Shown piece by piece: positions 1 to 11,809 of a stretch of DNA of 64,000 bases. Made by a program: the position numbers and the translations under genes. The stretch is taken from the NCBI GenBank assembly GCA_965645245.1, contig OZ287076.1, positions 1,364,001-1,428,000 of the forward strand. Reading direction: 5' to 3'. The DNA is from Massalongia carnosa. Lineage: Eukaryota. Positions within the stretch are counted from its first letter, which is position 1; every line of letters starts with the position of its first letter. Under the pieces are notes generated by a model. That model was not told where the DNA came from. It saw only the letters and a program-made list of their open reading frames with translations, and ran no database searches.

Positions 1-204
1 AGAAAAAGGGAAAGAAAAGGGGTAAGTTTTAATGGGGGAGTTTCGGCTCACCTTTCCCTTTTTTTTCACCCGCGTGCCTTGATAACTCTAGACCCTCTTC
101 TCCTGCATCCCGCTGTCGTATGCCTAGTTGGTTTTTTGTTCAATACTCTGTAGAATAAACTCTATGAAGGTTATGTTCACCTTGACTCCGTCGACCAACA
201 TGTC

Positions 205-693
205 TGTCACGGACAAGGTCCAGATAGGGAGATATACAAGAGTTACTATTTAGAAAGCTAGGTCTAGGGATAGTATACAAGACGTCCGACGAAGAGCTCC
301 AAACACCTGAGAAACCACATAGGTTTTATAGCCATCGCTTCCAACTCACCTATTCTTGACTTGCCCTCATCTCTGTTCCTGTTCTAATTTCCTAACCATG
401 ATCGCTTTGACCTGTTCCGCCTTTCTCTATACCGAAGTAATCTCTCTCTGCTGGGCAATCCCAGTCGTAGGCTTGGATAGTGGAGACGTTGAGATTGGAT
501 TCGGGATATAAGAGTTTGGAGTGCACTGAAGGCAGCGGAAGAACGTCTGAACACATGGGGCGAGGTTTCAGGATAGTTCGGAATAACATGCCACGGTTCT
601 ATTTAACATGCAGGGCAGGTTTCACGGCAAGAGAGCCTGTTAAATACTATCCCGATCAGGAAACGTGGGAGGGTGCGAGGTAATTCCATGACA
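205..693 (-). repeat. 3' LTR of the gypsy element
   Basis: Direct repeat of 7910-8399 (roughly 4% different by eye); purine-rich GAAGAGGG PPT-like tract adjacent on the minus strand. Confidence 0.95.
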
Positions 694-736
694 GTAGGTC
701 CCTCTTCAAGGCGGAGCTCCTGCGATGCTACTATTC

Positions 737-2281
737 CTAGCAGCGGCAACGAGGTAGATTACAAGGGGTGTGATGTGGTCCGGCAGCTGTAGGGTAAGCC
801 TGATGATATTCGTTTAGGGCTTGCTGACAGTTGGTTAGGAAATTGAAAGGTTCCCATGTGGGATTGTGACCTTCCCAATTAACGAAATAATGAAGGAGTA
901 GAGGTTGAAATCGTCGGTCGTATTTGGAGTTCAATATGCTGTTTACATACCATTCTCGCTGTCCGTCTTCTGCTTCGACAGGTTCACGAGGGGCGGGATG
1001 CTGGCCAGGAAGGGGGTCATCTGCTTCATGCTGAAGAAGGTTTGCATGGAAAACTGGGTGGATCTTGACACCAGGAGGAAGCTCCAATTGTATCACTAGA
1101 GGGTTTGAGAAAACTCGACTGACCGCATAGGGTCCGATATTTCCATCGTCTAACTTGACGGTGGGTCTCGCTGTTTGAAGATTCTTTGTGTTTAACCATA
1201 CCATATTACCCACTTTATAGCGGGGGCATGGTCGGCGGTTTGCATTGGCAGTGGATTCATAGATGGCTTGAGCGATTAACATTTCATCATGAAGATGAGT
1301 TTCTAAGTCTCTCATCCTGTCCGCGAACTTATTAGCTGCGATCAGATTATTTCGAATTTGAGCGGTAATATCCGTCGGGAGAGGCTCGGAGGGTTCGAAT
1401 CCTATACGGGGGTGTTGACCAGAATTTGCTAGAAATGGCGAAGCAAGAGTTGTAGAAGAGTCCGTATTATTAGCCGCGAATTCAGCGCCTGGTAGCCACT
1501 TGGCCCAATTATCCTGCATATGGTTGACATAGGCTCTAAGGTAATGCTCCATGGAGGCGTTGGCTCGTTCTGTCTGGCCATCGGTTTCCGGGTGGTATCC
1601 GGTGGACAACCGTGCGTCGATTTTTAGCCGCTTACACAGCAATTCCCATAGTTCCGATACGAACTGCGAACCTCGATCTGATACGAGAACATCAGGTAGG
1701 CCATGATGCTTCCATACATTCTGATAGAAGGCATCTACGGCTTCTTCGACTTCCATGGATATGACCGGAGCCAGATGGCGCATCTTGGTTAGGCGATCTA
1801 TGAAAACTAGAATGTACCGATAGGTGATTCCCATGAAGGTGCTGGCCGAGAGGGGTCCGACATAATCCATAGCAACATCGCGCCAGCGACGCTCAGGTGG
1901 AGGTAAGGGCCTAAGCCACCCCTGATAACGTTCACGGGAGGGTTTGGCTCTTTTGCAGACATGGCAGTTTCTGACGAATCGTTGCACCGTTTTGTGCATG
2001 CTAGGCCACCAATAAGAGCGACTGATGAGTTCATAACATTTGGCACGACCTGGGTGTCCACCTGCGACACTATTGTGAGCGAGTTGTAGGATTCTTAGGC
2101 GAAGACTATCTGATTTGGGTATGTATTGTCGATTTCTGAAGTACAAAATCCCATTTCTGTCTTCGCACTCTGCTAGTTGTATGCCGCTATGATATCTCGA
2201 TCCGTTTCGAAGCATTTCTAGAACACGGGGTGAAAACTTATCCCTATCCAGGGCTCGGTTCCAAAGGTTCTGAGTGGCCAC
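737..2281 (-). CDS. Gypsy pol 3' part: integrase (HHCC zinc finger, DDE core, GPY/F motif) plus chromodomain
   Basis: AHNSVAGGHPG...CHVC, VAMDYVGPL, VSDRGSQF, HPETDGQTER, IGPY, IHPVFH, YFVNWEGHNPTWEP. Confidence 0.95.
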   Translation of the reverse strand: MATQNLWNRALDRDKFSPRVLEMLRNGSRYHSGIQLAECEDRNGILYFRNRQYIPKSDSLRLRILQLAHNSVAGGHPGRAKCYELISRSYWWPSMHKTVQRFVRNCHVCKRAKPSRERYQGWLRPLPPPERRWRDVAMDYVGPLSASTFMGITYRYILVFIDRLTKMRHLAPVISMEVEEAVDAFYQNVWKHHGLPDVLVSDRGSQFVSELWELLCKRLKIDARLSTGYHPETDGQTERANASMEHYLRAYVNHMQDNWAKWLPGAEFAANNTDSSTTLASPFLANSGQHPRIGFEPSEPLPTDITAQIRNNLIAANKFADRMRDLETHLHDEMLIAQAIYESTANANRRPCPRYKVGNMVWLNTKNLQTARPTVKLDDGNIGPYAVSRVFSNPLVIQLELPPGVKIHPVFHANLLQHEADDPLPGQHPAPREPVEAEDGQREWYVNSILNSKYDRRFQPLLLHYFVNWEGHNPTWEPFNFLTNCQQALNEYHQAYPTAAGPHHTPCNLPRCRC

Positions 2282-2637
2282 ATCAATTGGGTTATCGTCG
2301 GGGTTTAGCTGATCAGTAATTAAATCTAGTTGGGGTTCTTCATGATCCGTCTCTGTGTCATCATCCTCGTCAAGATCTTATTCTTGATCAAGAATAGCAG
2401 GAGCGAGCACTCTTGGGTCTGGGGAGGTTCCAACCACTGTTGAATTAAAGCTTTCGGCTAATCCGTCGTCTAGGTTATGCGTTTTCAGTATCGTCTGATG
2501 CTGAAATGAGTTCCGCTCATCGGTTTCATCCCCTTCTTCAGGGACTCTCCTGACCGTGGAGTTAGGGCATCCGGTTTACCGCCGGCTTTCCCAGGTCGGT
2601 AGATTATCTTATAGTCGAATCGAGATAGAAACTCACT

Positions 2638-3900
2638 CTATCGGGCCTGGCGCCGACTCAAAAGCTTGGTAGAGGTGAAATATTCCAGGTTCTTATGGTA
2701 TGAAATAACATCGATGGGTTGGGCGGAGCCTTCTAGTTCAGGTCTCCATTCCTCAAAAGCTCGAATTATGGCCATGAGTTCTTTGTCAAAGATCTCATAG
2801 TTAAACTCGGCAGGGTTATGCTTTTTTGAGAAGTATGCGACGGGACGCAAGATATCTTTTTCATCATATTGCGATAGGATACCCGCCGATACAAAGTCGG
2901 AGGCGTCCGTTTCGACCACGATTTTCTTGTCTAGATCAAAGTTCATGAGAATAAGATCGGAGGTAAATGCTTTTTTCATCGTATTGAAGGCTTGCTGACC
3001 ATCGCTAGTCCAGGAGAATTTTGTTCCCTTCTCGGTTAGGTTCGTCAACGGCGAGGCTATTTTACTGAACCCAAATACGAAACGCCTGTAGAAATTGGCG
3101 AATCCTAGAAAGCTTTGAGCATCCCTAACGTTAACGGGCGCAGGCCAATTGATGACGGTATCGATCTTGGCAGGATCCATCTTGACTCCCTTAGTAGTGA
3201 CGATGAGACCCAAATAGGGGACCTCGGTGACTCCGAAGGCGCACTTGGTGATGTCCGCTTGAGTCCGGCCTCTCTGAGTTTGACAAGGAGTTGTTTTACA
3301 TGTAGGTCATGTTCGATTTCGTTATCACTATAGATGAGGATGTCATCTAGATACGCGGTGCAGAATCTATCTAGGTATTCCCTCAGAGTGTCATTGATAA
3401 AATGTTGAAAGGAGGCAGGTCCGTTGCACAGACTGAAAGGCATGACAAGATATTCGTAGAGACCGAAACGAGTCCGGAAAGCAGTAAGTTCTTCGTCTCC
3501 CTCTTTGATTCTCAGGCGATTGAATGCTGATATAATATCCAACTTGGTAAATATCTTGGCTTTGCACAAACGGTTGAGGGTCTCGGTGATTAGAGGTATT
3601 AGATAACGATTTTTTATGGTGACAGCGTTTAGTCCTCGGTAGTCGACGCAGAATCGAAGTCCTCCGCCGGGCTTCTTAACAAACATAACCGGGGAGGCTG
3701 CATGTGAGCGGCTAGATCGAATGAATCCTTTGGTGAGATTCTTATCTAGATAACGACGAAGTTCCTGGATCTCATCACGACTCATCCCGTAAAGAGCTTG
3801 ATTAGGTAGCTGAAAACCTTTTTTTAAGACGATGGCGTGATCATGGGAGCGGTGTTCCGGTAGTTTATCGGACTCCTTTCTGGAAAAGACATCTAGGTAG
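2638..3900 (-). pseudogene. Gypsy pol reverse transcriptase and RNase H, broken by stops and a frameshift
   Basis: ORF 3105-3785 has [33 protein letters not shown] 2638-3213 has VETDASD, YFSKK, ELMAI; frame change near 3260. Confidence 0.93.
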
Positions 3901-4395
3901 TCGTGCTATTGCTTTAGAAGCAGAGGTGCCGGGTCAACGTACTTTTGCTGCCGAACATGCTCAAGTTCTTCTTGAGTGACGGAGGTTTCTAGGGTGAGTT
4001 CATTGTGCATTCTGCAAATGGCTAGGTGCATGTCCTTATAACTTAGACAGGCCTTAGTGTTAAAAGGGGGGAAAACTTGGGTTGCTATTAACTTAATAGA
4101 TGACCTGGAGCTAGGGCTAGGGGGTTTTAAAGGTGATTCTATACCTAAGAACCTGTCTATTTCTTGAAGGGAGATACTGAATATCTCGTGGTCCTTCTGT
4201 CTTGCGAGGCGGTCGAATGTGCCGGCGCTCACCTCATGAAACGGGGAGACCTTCTCCCAGCAGGCATTCACTACTGGAAGATGGGATCCACAGGGGCTAC
4301 ACAACGTGATGGTCACAATAGAGGTACAAATAGGTTGGGTCGGGTCAAAGGGTAGACTAAATGCTACCCTTTTAAAGTGCTTGATTATTGATCTA

Positions 4396-5425
4396 TGTAA
4401 TGGGCTACGAGACCAGTAAGCTTATCACGAGCGACACTGATCTCGAAAGGGGAAATGCTCAGCGTGAGAGGAGAAAGATAGCTACTACGTGCTAGTCTCC
4501 AAGAGTATACGTGATCCAAAGAACTAATGGATGTGGAAGTGCTTAGACCAAGAGATCTCGTCCGAGACCCAAACGTAGGTTGTTCATAGAATAAAGACTA
4601 ATTGCTAACGAATACTACAAGATTCGTTCTGATATTTATCCTACTCACCCCAAGCCTATAGCCTTGGGAGCCTTGGAACCTTAGGAGCCTTGCAAGCCTT
4701 GGGAGTCTTGCGAGCATTACAGCCTTGCAATCCACATCCGACTTTATCGCATTACATCCAACCATCCCTCAGGATCCATCCACGAACTCGGCGTTCGCTG
4801 GATCATCTAGTCAGCCTCGAGCAGCCTTCTAGACCTTCCCTTGCAAGGTAGAACAATTCTACCCCCGGCTAGATCCCTCACTACATGCCTCAGGCTATGT
4901 AGCTTCATTTCGCCGTCACCACTACCTAGTGATGGAAGGTTACCTCCGACTGAATACCTCGCTACAATGCGGACCTGCCTCTAGACACAAGGTCTAGACA
5001 ACGAGGTCATGTAGGTTCATTCAGCCGACATCACTACCAACGTAGTAATAAAGGTTGAAGCTGAAGTTTACACCGGGGAGCCTAGCTCAAGCTGCGTCCA
5101 GCGAGCCGTGCCTCCTGCTACCTCTCTTGAACCATCAAGAGATCCAGTAGCTCCGAGTAGGCCAGTAGATCCCATATAGAGTTCCTTGGCGTCTCCACAG
5201 GAGTCCGCCTTACACTCCATGGCAATCTACCACCACGGCCTCGACAGGTGTTTGATCTGTAAGTAGTCAAGAACGTGATAACAATAACTCCGAAGTTTCG
5301 GGGCAAGATGGCAGTGTGTCAGCCTCGACGGCTTATGCGACTTCGTACTACGGCATGGTCCACGCTAGTTAATCCCGCAACCGCCATAGGCGATCACGTA
5401 TCCCTCTAGCGCCATCCGTATTACA
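4396..5425. mobile_element. Solo LTR (1030 bp), copy 1, inserted in gypsy pol
   Basis: TGTAAT...ATTACA termini; TSD ATCTA at 4391-4395 and 5426-5430; reverse complement of 12984-14020 and 15930-16959. Confidence 0.9.
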
Positions 5426-5720
5426 ATCTATATAGGATAGGACAATCCATAACCTAAGCTCTTCTTCCATACCTTGCCCATACTACCTGGTGTTCGGACT
5501 CCGAAATACGTCGGACACCGAAAGACACGGGTAGATAAGACTAGGCAGGTGAGCTAGGGGAGGTGAGGTGAGGCGAGGGGATACTTCGTGTACTACGAAA
5601 ACACCTCTATAATAAGTTAAGTCCTCACACTATGCCTAACAAGGTTAGGCGGGACCTTATTGTCTTGGTGGTTGTTTTGGCTGTACGTATCCAACATAGC
5701 CACATAGGCCAGTCTTACGT

Positions 5721-6638
5721 TCAACGAACGCATACTAGGCCTACCCTATTACACCTCACCTCACTGACTCGAAGCTGGGCTGGGTAGGTTGGTGCGGATT
5801 CAACCGAGGTTAGTTTACTGGGCAGGGGGTTTGAGGTATGTAGGCGAGGTGCTAAACGAAGGTAGCTCCCGGACCGGTATCGGATCCTAGGGGAGACGCC
5901 TTTTTGCATGGCAGTTAGGATTCGACTGGGACCGTCTTCAGCCTGAAAGTCAAATTTCGATAGTTCTGTTTGACTGGATTGCAGAATGGTTTCTTGATCT
6001 TTAGTCTCCCATACCTTCTGACTTTCGGCAGGCATAAGAAACTGTTCTTCCTCGGCGGTGGTTGAATAAACCATTACGGGGCCGGGACAGTAATTTGCTA
6101 GGCAAAATGGGGAGGATAATGACAGGGTATTATTGGCGAAGTTAGTGATAGCGCCATGTCGACGCAGCCATGGGTGTCCTAGGACGATGGGGTAATGTCT
6201 TAATCCGGTCACATATAGGAACAGTTTCTCTATATGTCCATTGAGATCCATGGTTACTTCTGCCACATGGGTGATGTTTCCGGTCAGAGCAGGCTGACTA
6301 TCGAAACCTAGGAGTCGGCGAGGGTATTTAAGGGGGTGAAGGGGGAATTGATGATATTGCGCGAATTCTTTATCAATAAATGAGTAACCTGATGTACCAC
6401 AATCCACGAGAATTAAAGCTCTTATCCTTGCTTGCAGACGACGTAATATACATGAGACAACCATATGGCTATCTTTGAAAGTTTTATCGTTTTCAAACAA
6501 GGTCAAAGCGGACGCTATAGAAAAACGAGCGTTGGACATTAGGGGGGGTAAAAATGATGCAGAAAGGAGACATGCAGAAATCAATAAATCAGACTTTAGC
6601 CCTCGTATGCGACTGAATACGGGGTTCAGGCTTTTCCC
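5721..6638 (-). CDS. Gypsy aspartic protease region of pol, in the -1 frame relative to gag
   Basis: ALILVDCGTSGYSFID and IVLGHPWL motifs; frame is open from the G GGA AAA heptamer at 6632-6638. Confidence 0.88.
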   Translation of the reverse strand, partial: GKSLNPVFSRIRGLKSDLLISACLLSASFLPPLMSNARFSIASALTLFENDKTFKDSHMVVSCILRRLQARIRALILVDCGTSGYSFIDKEFAQYHQFPLHPLKYPRRLLGFDSQPALTGNITHVAEVTMDLNGHIEKLFLYVTGLRHYPIVLGHPWLRRHGAITNFANNTLSLSSPFCLANYCPGPVMVYSTTAEEEQFLMPAESQKVWETKDQETILQSSQTELSKFDFQAEDGPSRILTAMQKGVSPRIRYRSGSYLRLAPRLHTSNPLPSKLTSVESAPTYPAQLRVSEVRCNRVGLVCVR

Positions 6639-7846
6639 GCTGCTTCCTCAGAGGCGTCGGAGTCGTTGTAAAAGACAAGAGACCGAATAGTAGACGAGGC
6701 CTTCTTGTTGGGACAGTCGATTGCGGTATTCCCAGGGTGCGATTGCTTACAGTAGAAGCATAGTCTCCATTGCTCGCAGATTTCCTTGACTCCGGGGACT
6801 TTTAGGCTTTGGCCTTTCACAGCGGCCATGGCGGAGTAGAGGTCCATGGGATCCCCTGCGGGAAGAGAAGGAACCGCAGCAGGGGTGACGGCTGGAGCGA
6901 CGACGATGGTAGAGGAGCGGGGGGCAGGACTCCTGACAACGGCAGTGGTGGTTGCGACGGATGTCCCCTTTTTAGTTGAGGAGTTGCTAATTGAGGCTCC
7001 AGAGGCTTGGCGTGGCGAGATATGCCTGATTTGACGAATTTTTCGATCCGTTTGGGCCCACATTGCAACATGTTCGTCGAAGGTGACGGGCTCCTGATTG
7101 GTTCCGGGGACTCGATAATGGATGGCCGCTATTTGGGTGGAATAGTTGATGTTGGCCTTTATCGCATCGATGAGGGAGGCGTCTTCCATTTTAGATCGTT
7201 CCTTCTTCTGAGAGAAAAGGTTGTAATATTCGTCGAAGGTTAGGTTACCCTGTTTCAGGGTGTCTCGCAAATATTTACGGCTATCTTCTTGCTCGAAGGG
7301 GTTACAACAGGCCAGACGAAGTTTCGCTCTCCAGTCCGAAAAAGAGGTTAGGTGGTATAAGCCATCTATCCGGTAGGGAATCATGAGCAGATTGGCTCGC
7401 TTGCTGATGGAGAGTCTGCTCTCCGCATAAGCTATCTTGGCCTCATCGGAAAAGTATCGGTCATGGTTAATGTGCATTTTTTGAATTAGATTCTGTTCCC
7501 AAGCATCGAGTTTGTCCTCGTCACCGTCATACTCCGGTATGTCAGGAAGTTTCTCGGACCTGGGCGGAAACGCTGGTCGTTTCATTAGCTGTTCTATAAT
7601 AGTGGCCAGCTGGGAGCTCGGAACGGAAGGAGAAGGGTTAGAAGTTGATGACTGGGTTGCCAATAATGGGTTGGAAGATGTTTGATTAATGGCTAGAGGA
7701 ATCGCGTTTCGAATCTCAGCTAATTGTCGTTCCAGGTCTCGATAGGCGGCGATGAACTCGTCCGGGTTATTGCTGACATGTTCTCACTCCTTTTGGGCTA
7801 CCTCAGATTCCTGAGGCAGATTTGCGGTTTCTTCTTGAAAAGATAT
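6626..7846 (-). pseudogene. Gypsy gag (capsid plus CCHC zinc knuckle), N-terminus damaged
   Basis: ORF 6626-7663 has KLPDIPEYDG, LKQG, GDPMDL, CFYCKQSHPGNTAIDC; the same frame extends through TGA 7784-7786 to ATA 7844-7846 (probable former ATG). Confidence 0.88.
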
Positions 7847-7909
7847 GATTAATAATCGTTATAGGGAAAAGAGAAAACAAAGAAACACTTGAATGTAGGT
7901 CGGACGTAA

Positions 7910-8399
7910 TGTCACGGACAAGGTCCAGATAGGGAGATATACAAGAGTTACTATTTAGAAAGCTAGGTCTAGGGATAGTATACAAGACGTCCGACGAAGA
8001 GCTCCAAACACCTGAGAAACTACATAGGTTTTACAGTCATAGCTTCCAACTCCCCTATTCTTGACTTGACCTCATCTCTGTTCCTGTTCTAATTTCCTAA
8101 CCATGATCGCTTTGACCTGTTCTGCCTTTCTCCATGCCGAAGCAATCTCTCTCTGCTGCGCGATCCCAGTCGTAGGCTTGGATAGTGGAGACGTTGAGAT
8201 TGGATTCGGGATATAAGAGTTTGGGAGTACACTGAAGGCAGCGGAAGAAAGTCTGAACACATGGGGCGAGGTTTCAGGATAGTTCGGAATAACGGGCCAC
8301 GGTTCTATTCAACATGCAGGGCAGGTTTCACGGCAAGAGAGCCTGTTAAATACTAACCCGATCAGGAAACGTGGGAGGGTGCGAGGTAATTCCATGACA
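7910..8399 (-). repeat. 5' LTR of the gypsy element
   Basis: Direct repeat of 205-693, followed by TSD ATGTC. Confidence 0.95.
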
Positions 8400-8770
8400 A
8401 TGTCCTTGATCTGATTGAAGGCAGCGTCATACTCTGCATAGTATTGACCTACGGTTTTAAAATCCTTTGTCCTTTTTGCACTGACCATCAAAATGATATC
8501 CGTGATGCTTATTAATATAATACTACGTCCTGGAATCTAGTCTTCAGGGTTGCCCACATCTCGACAGCAATTTTATTGATGATGTGGTTGAAATGGCATG
8601 ACGCAATCAGTCTGTGTATTATTCCAATAGCCTTGATTATCGCAGTCTTCTATATTTTCATGTCATCTAGAAGTTCTTTGAAAAGGGTTCTGACAATAAG
8701 ACTGGCTTGAGTGAAGCCTGAGTCGATAAGGCTCTGTCGAATAGAAAAAGTATAATATCTGATTGGGTCT
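8400..8770 (-). pseudogene. Old Copia gag relic, continuing at ~140-204 on the other side of the gypsy insertion
   Basis: Manual translation GFTQASL...KAIGIIHRLIA...EMWATLKTRFQD...SITDII...QYYAEYDAAFNQIKDM aligns by eye with the gag at 55228-56169 (GFTEANL...KAEGIIQMRVA...DMWRILKIKFQD...SITDIL...QYCAEYEKALNSIKGM). Confidence 0.8.
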
Positions 8771-8774
8771 ATAT

Positions 8775-9114
8775 TTTAATTTTTTTTAATTTATTTATTA
8801 AGTGTATTCAACCTAAGATTATGACACTAAACTATTTTAGGATATGTTTCTATAATACAAATAAATTTACCCTTTATAACCCATCTATATACCGTCATTT
8901 TCCCCCGTTTTTACTCCGTATTAGTAACAACCTATAGTAAACGAAAAATTATCGATTTTACAATTTGTCTTTGTAAGTTCGTAAATGTTTCACCATAAAT
9001 CATATCTGATTTTACTGTCCGATCTCTCCCCAACCTCCAGTTTCGACAATTTCGTCATCAAGCTGTCCAAGTATCCATTTTCTAGTCGCGATTTTGTTAT
9101 TGACAATTAATTTA
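8775..9114 (-). mobile_element. LINE-B host copy 1, 3' end (continues at 11810-11945, 16987-18616 and 41575-42340)
   Basis: T-rich tail and KIATRKWILGQLDDEIVETGGWGE C-terminus; the sequence resumes collinearly after each nested insertion. Confidence 0.9.
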
Positions 9115-11809
9115 GGGTACGGATAGAAGTACACCCCTTTGGTTACCCACACACCCCCCTCGGTTACCCACACACCTCCGGTGGTTACCCACACACCCGA
9201 CCCTAAAGTAGCTTAAGTTTGAAAAGTTTCTTCGGCTACTTTCCCTTATCGGGTAACCATCTTTCCTAACTAGGGAATTTTGATCCTGCATCTTCATTCT
9301 GCTTTTTCCCTGCATTGATACCCCGCATTACTGACGCCACGTCGTCATCATGAGTCTTCGTCCTCCAGAAGATGGACAATCCTTCGAATCACTAGATGAC
9401 CTTGTTATTTGTGTTAATGAGCATGCCGCCCCATAAGGATATGCCATCGTGTTAAGCCGGACCAAGAAATCGAAACTCGGAATAAGAAGAAAGGCCTGGT
9501 TGATTTGTAATCGAGGAGGAAAGCCCCGAGGTCCTCAGGGACAGGAAAGACGTCATACCAGCAGTAGATACATAGAATGTCCGTTTCTTCTGACTGCCAA
9601 GCGAATGGAAGAAGATAGAGGTGCCTGGATTCTGGAGGTGGTAAATGAGGAACATAATCATTCGTCCAGTCTCGCTGGCGCCCATCCGGTTCATAGAAGA
9701 ATGGCGATGACAGCAGAAGTGAAAAGTGAGATATCTCGTCAATTAACAGTACAAGTAGCACCTTCCAAAGTTTTATCTAGTCTTCGCATTCCTGATCCCA
9801 CTTTAGGATCAGTCAACACGGACGATACGGCCGATCCTCAGATTATTAATCCTCTTTTCAAACCTCGAGATATCTATAATCACAAAGCTCAGATGCGTCA
9901 CGACATTCTGGGACCGCTTACCCCCGTGAAGGCATTGATTCAAGAGTTGGATCGAGGGCATTGGACATACCAAATGCAGAAAGATGAGCTGAATCACATC
10001 ATTCTTCTCTTCTTCGTCAGAGAAAGCTCCTAAACTCTTCTGAAGACAAACTATGAGGTGTTGGTAATGGACTGCACCTACAAGACAAATCGATATCGCA
10101 TGCCTCTTCTTATTGTAAGTGGTCAGACCAGGCTGCATACAAATTTCTATGTAGCTTTCTGTTTCACGGCATCAGAAACCACCGCCGATTACACGTGGGT
10201 ATTGTCTCATCTGAAGGCATTGTATTTGCAACTCGAACTTCCTGATCCAGTCGTTATCGTCACTGATATGGAACGTGCTTTGATGTCCGCTATTGATCAG
10301 ACTTTTCCGAACACTAATCATCTTCTTTGCATTTGGCACATCAACAACAACATCGTAGCCAGTTGTAAGAAAAGCTTTGATACCAAAGAAGCATGGGATG
10401 CCTTCTTTGCTGAATGGAAATCCATCGTATACGCCACTACCGAACCGGAATTCTGGCAACTATGAGGGCGGTTTTGTGGTACGATTCCTGGAAATTGCGT
10501 GGAGTATATCACCTCAACTTATTTGTCTTTTCGGCATCATTTCGTCAAATACTACACTGACAAGATGTTGCATTTTGATACCACGACGACATCTCGAGGT
10601 GAAGGCGGTCATGCAGTTTTGAAACGTCAGCTGGGATCATTGACCGGAGATCTAAAGCCGGTGGTAGATGGCATCAACTTACTAATAATCAATGAACTTC
10701 ACAACTATCTTATTATATTCAACGAAGCCAGAGACCGACTTCCCATGGATCTTCGAAAACCAGTGTTTCAGCGATTAACCGGATTCGTCACCCCTCATGC
10801 CCTACGAAAGATGCTTCTTCAGTACAATCTTGTGGTCGGATGACCCATAGTATTGGGGCCTTGCATCCATGCTTACACCATTACAACTGGACTTCCATGT
10901 AGTCATAAAATCCAGGAAAGGCTGTATGAGGAAGGAAGTCTGTAGATTGAAGACGTTCATCCACATTGGAGGTAGGTTATTTTATAAATTCAGAGTTAAC
11001 CTGCGATTACTAACTATTGTAGGTTTCAGAGAACCATGCCTGCCAATACGAGGAATGACTTACTATTGGTGCAAGAACCGGAGATGGCAAGAACTCGAGG
11101 ACGTCCTCAAGGAGCTGAGAACCTCAACAGAAGGACCATAGCATTTGAGGCCTCTACCAATCGAGTACCTTCTCAATTCGAACGTGTCAAGATGGAGACA
11201 GCTGGGATAAACGAGATAGTCGATCCAGAGGTGGAACGTGTTATACAAAGAGCCGATCCAGCACCCGGAAAACGAGGAAGGCCACGAGGTCGACCCCGAG
11301 GTGTAGGAAAAGGGGCGGGACAAGGTGGAAGAAAGAAACAACCGAAATCAGCTGGCATGGGGGGACAATCAGAATTAGCTGGCACGGGGGGATAATCAGC
11401 ACCAGCTTGCACGAGATACAGGCCACAGGCGGAGTAGCTAGGCTGCAAAAAGACTGGTGTAATCAAATCGTGGTCTGATTGACGAAGATGGTCTCAATCG
11501 ACTCCGTTTGAAAAAGTTGGGTCAGAGCTGGCAAGGGGTGTACAGCTAGGCACGTGCCAGGTGATTAAGTAAAATATTAGGTTGTGGGGAAAAGTTTAAC
11601 GGCTTAACCTAGTTAGGAAAGGTGGTCAGCCAATAAGGGAAAGTGGCCGAAGAAACTTTTCAAACTTAAGCTACTTTAGGGTAGGGTGTGTGGGTAACCA
11701 CCGGGGGTATGTGGGTAACCACTGGGGGTGTGTGGGTAACCACCGGGGTTGTGTGGGTAACCGAGGGGGGTGTGTGGGTAACCAAACGGGTGTACTTCTA
11801 TCCGTACCC
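9115..11809 (+). mobile_element. Mutator-like (MULE) DNA transposon
   Basis: TIRs begin GGGTACGGATAGAAGTACACCC (~9115-9274 and ~11608-11809); 8-bp TSD TTAATTTA at 9107-9114 and 11810-11817. Confidence 0.93.
9350..11395 (+). pseudogene. MULE transposase with in-frame stops and a predicted 51-nt intron (10972-11022)
   Basis: FAR1-like CNRGG...CPF...HNH; MDCTYKTNRYRMPLL, IVTDMERALM, LLCIWHI, TTSRGEGGH; C-terminal GRP motifs; all pieces lie in one frame. Confidence 0.92.

Larger units (their letters stand above)
205..8399 (-). mobile_element. Full-length but decayed Ty3/gypsy chromovirus LTR retrotransposon
   Basis: Two ~490-bp LTRs (TGTCA...TGACA); 5-bp TSD ATGTC at 200-204 and 8400-8404; gag-PR-RT-RH-IN-chromodomain order on the minus strand. 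Confidence 0.97.

Noticed and set aside
1..135. Purine-rich/pyrimidine-rich segment at the window start
   Set aside because: Too short and truncated to assign.
5118..5306. 62-aa ORF repeated three times
   Set aside because: It recurs only because it lies in the solo LTR; it has a TTG start and no recognisable motif.
11680..11790. CRISPR-like or telomere-like array
   Set aside because: These are 21-bp subterminal repeats of the MULE TIR with no unique spacers and no cas genes; the context is eukaryotic.
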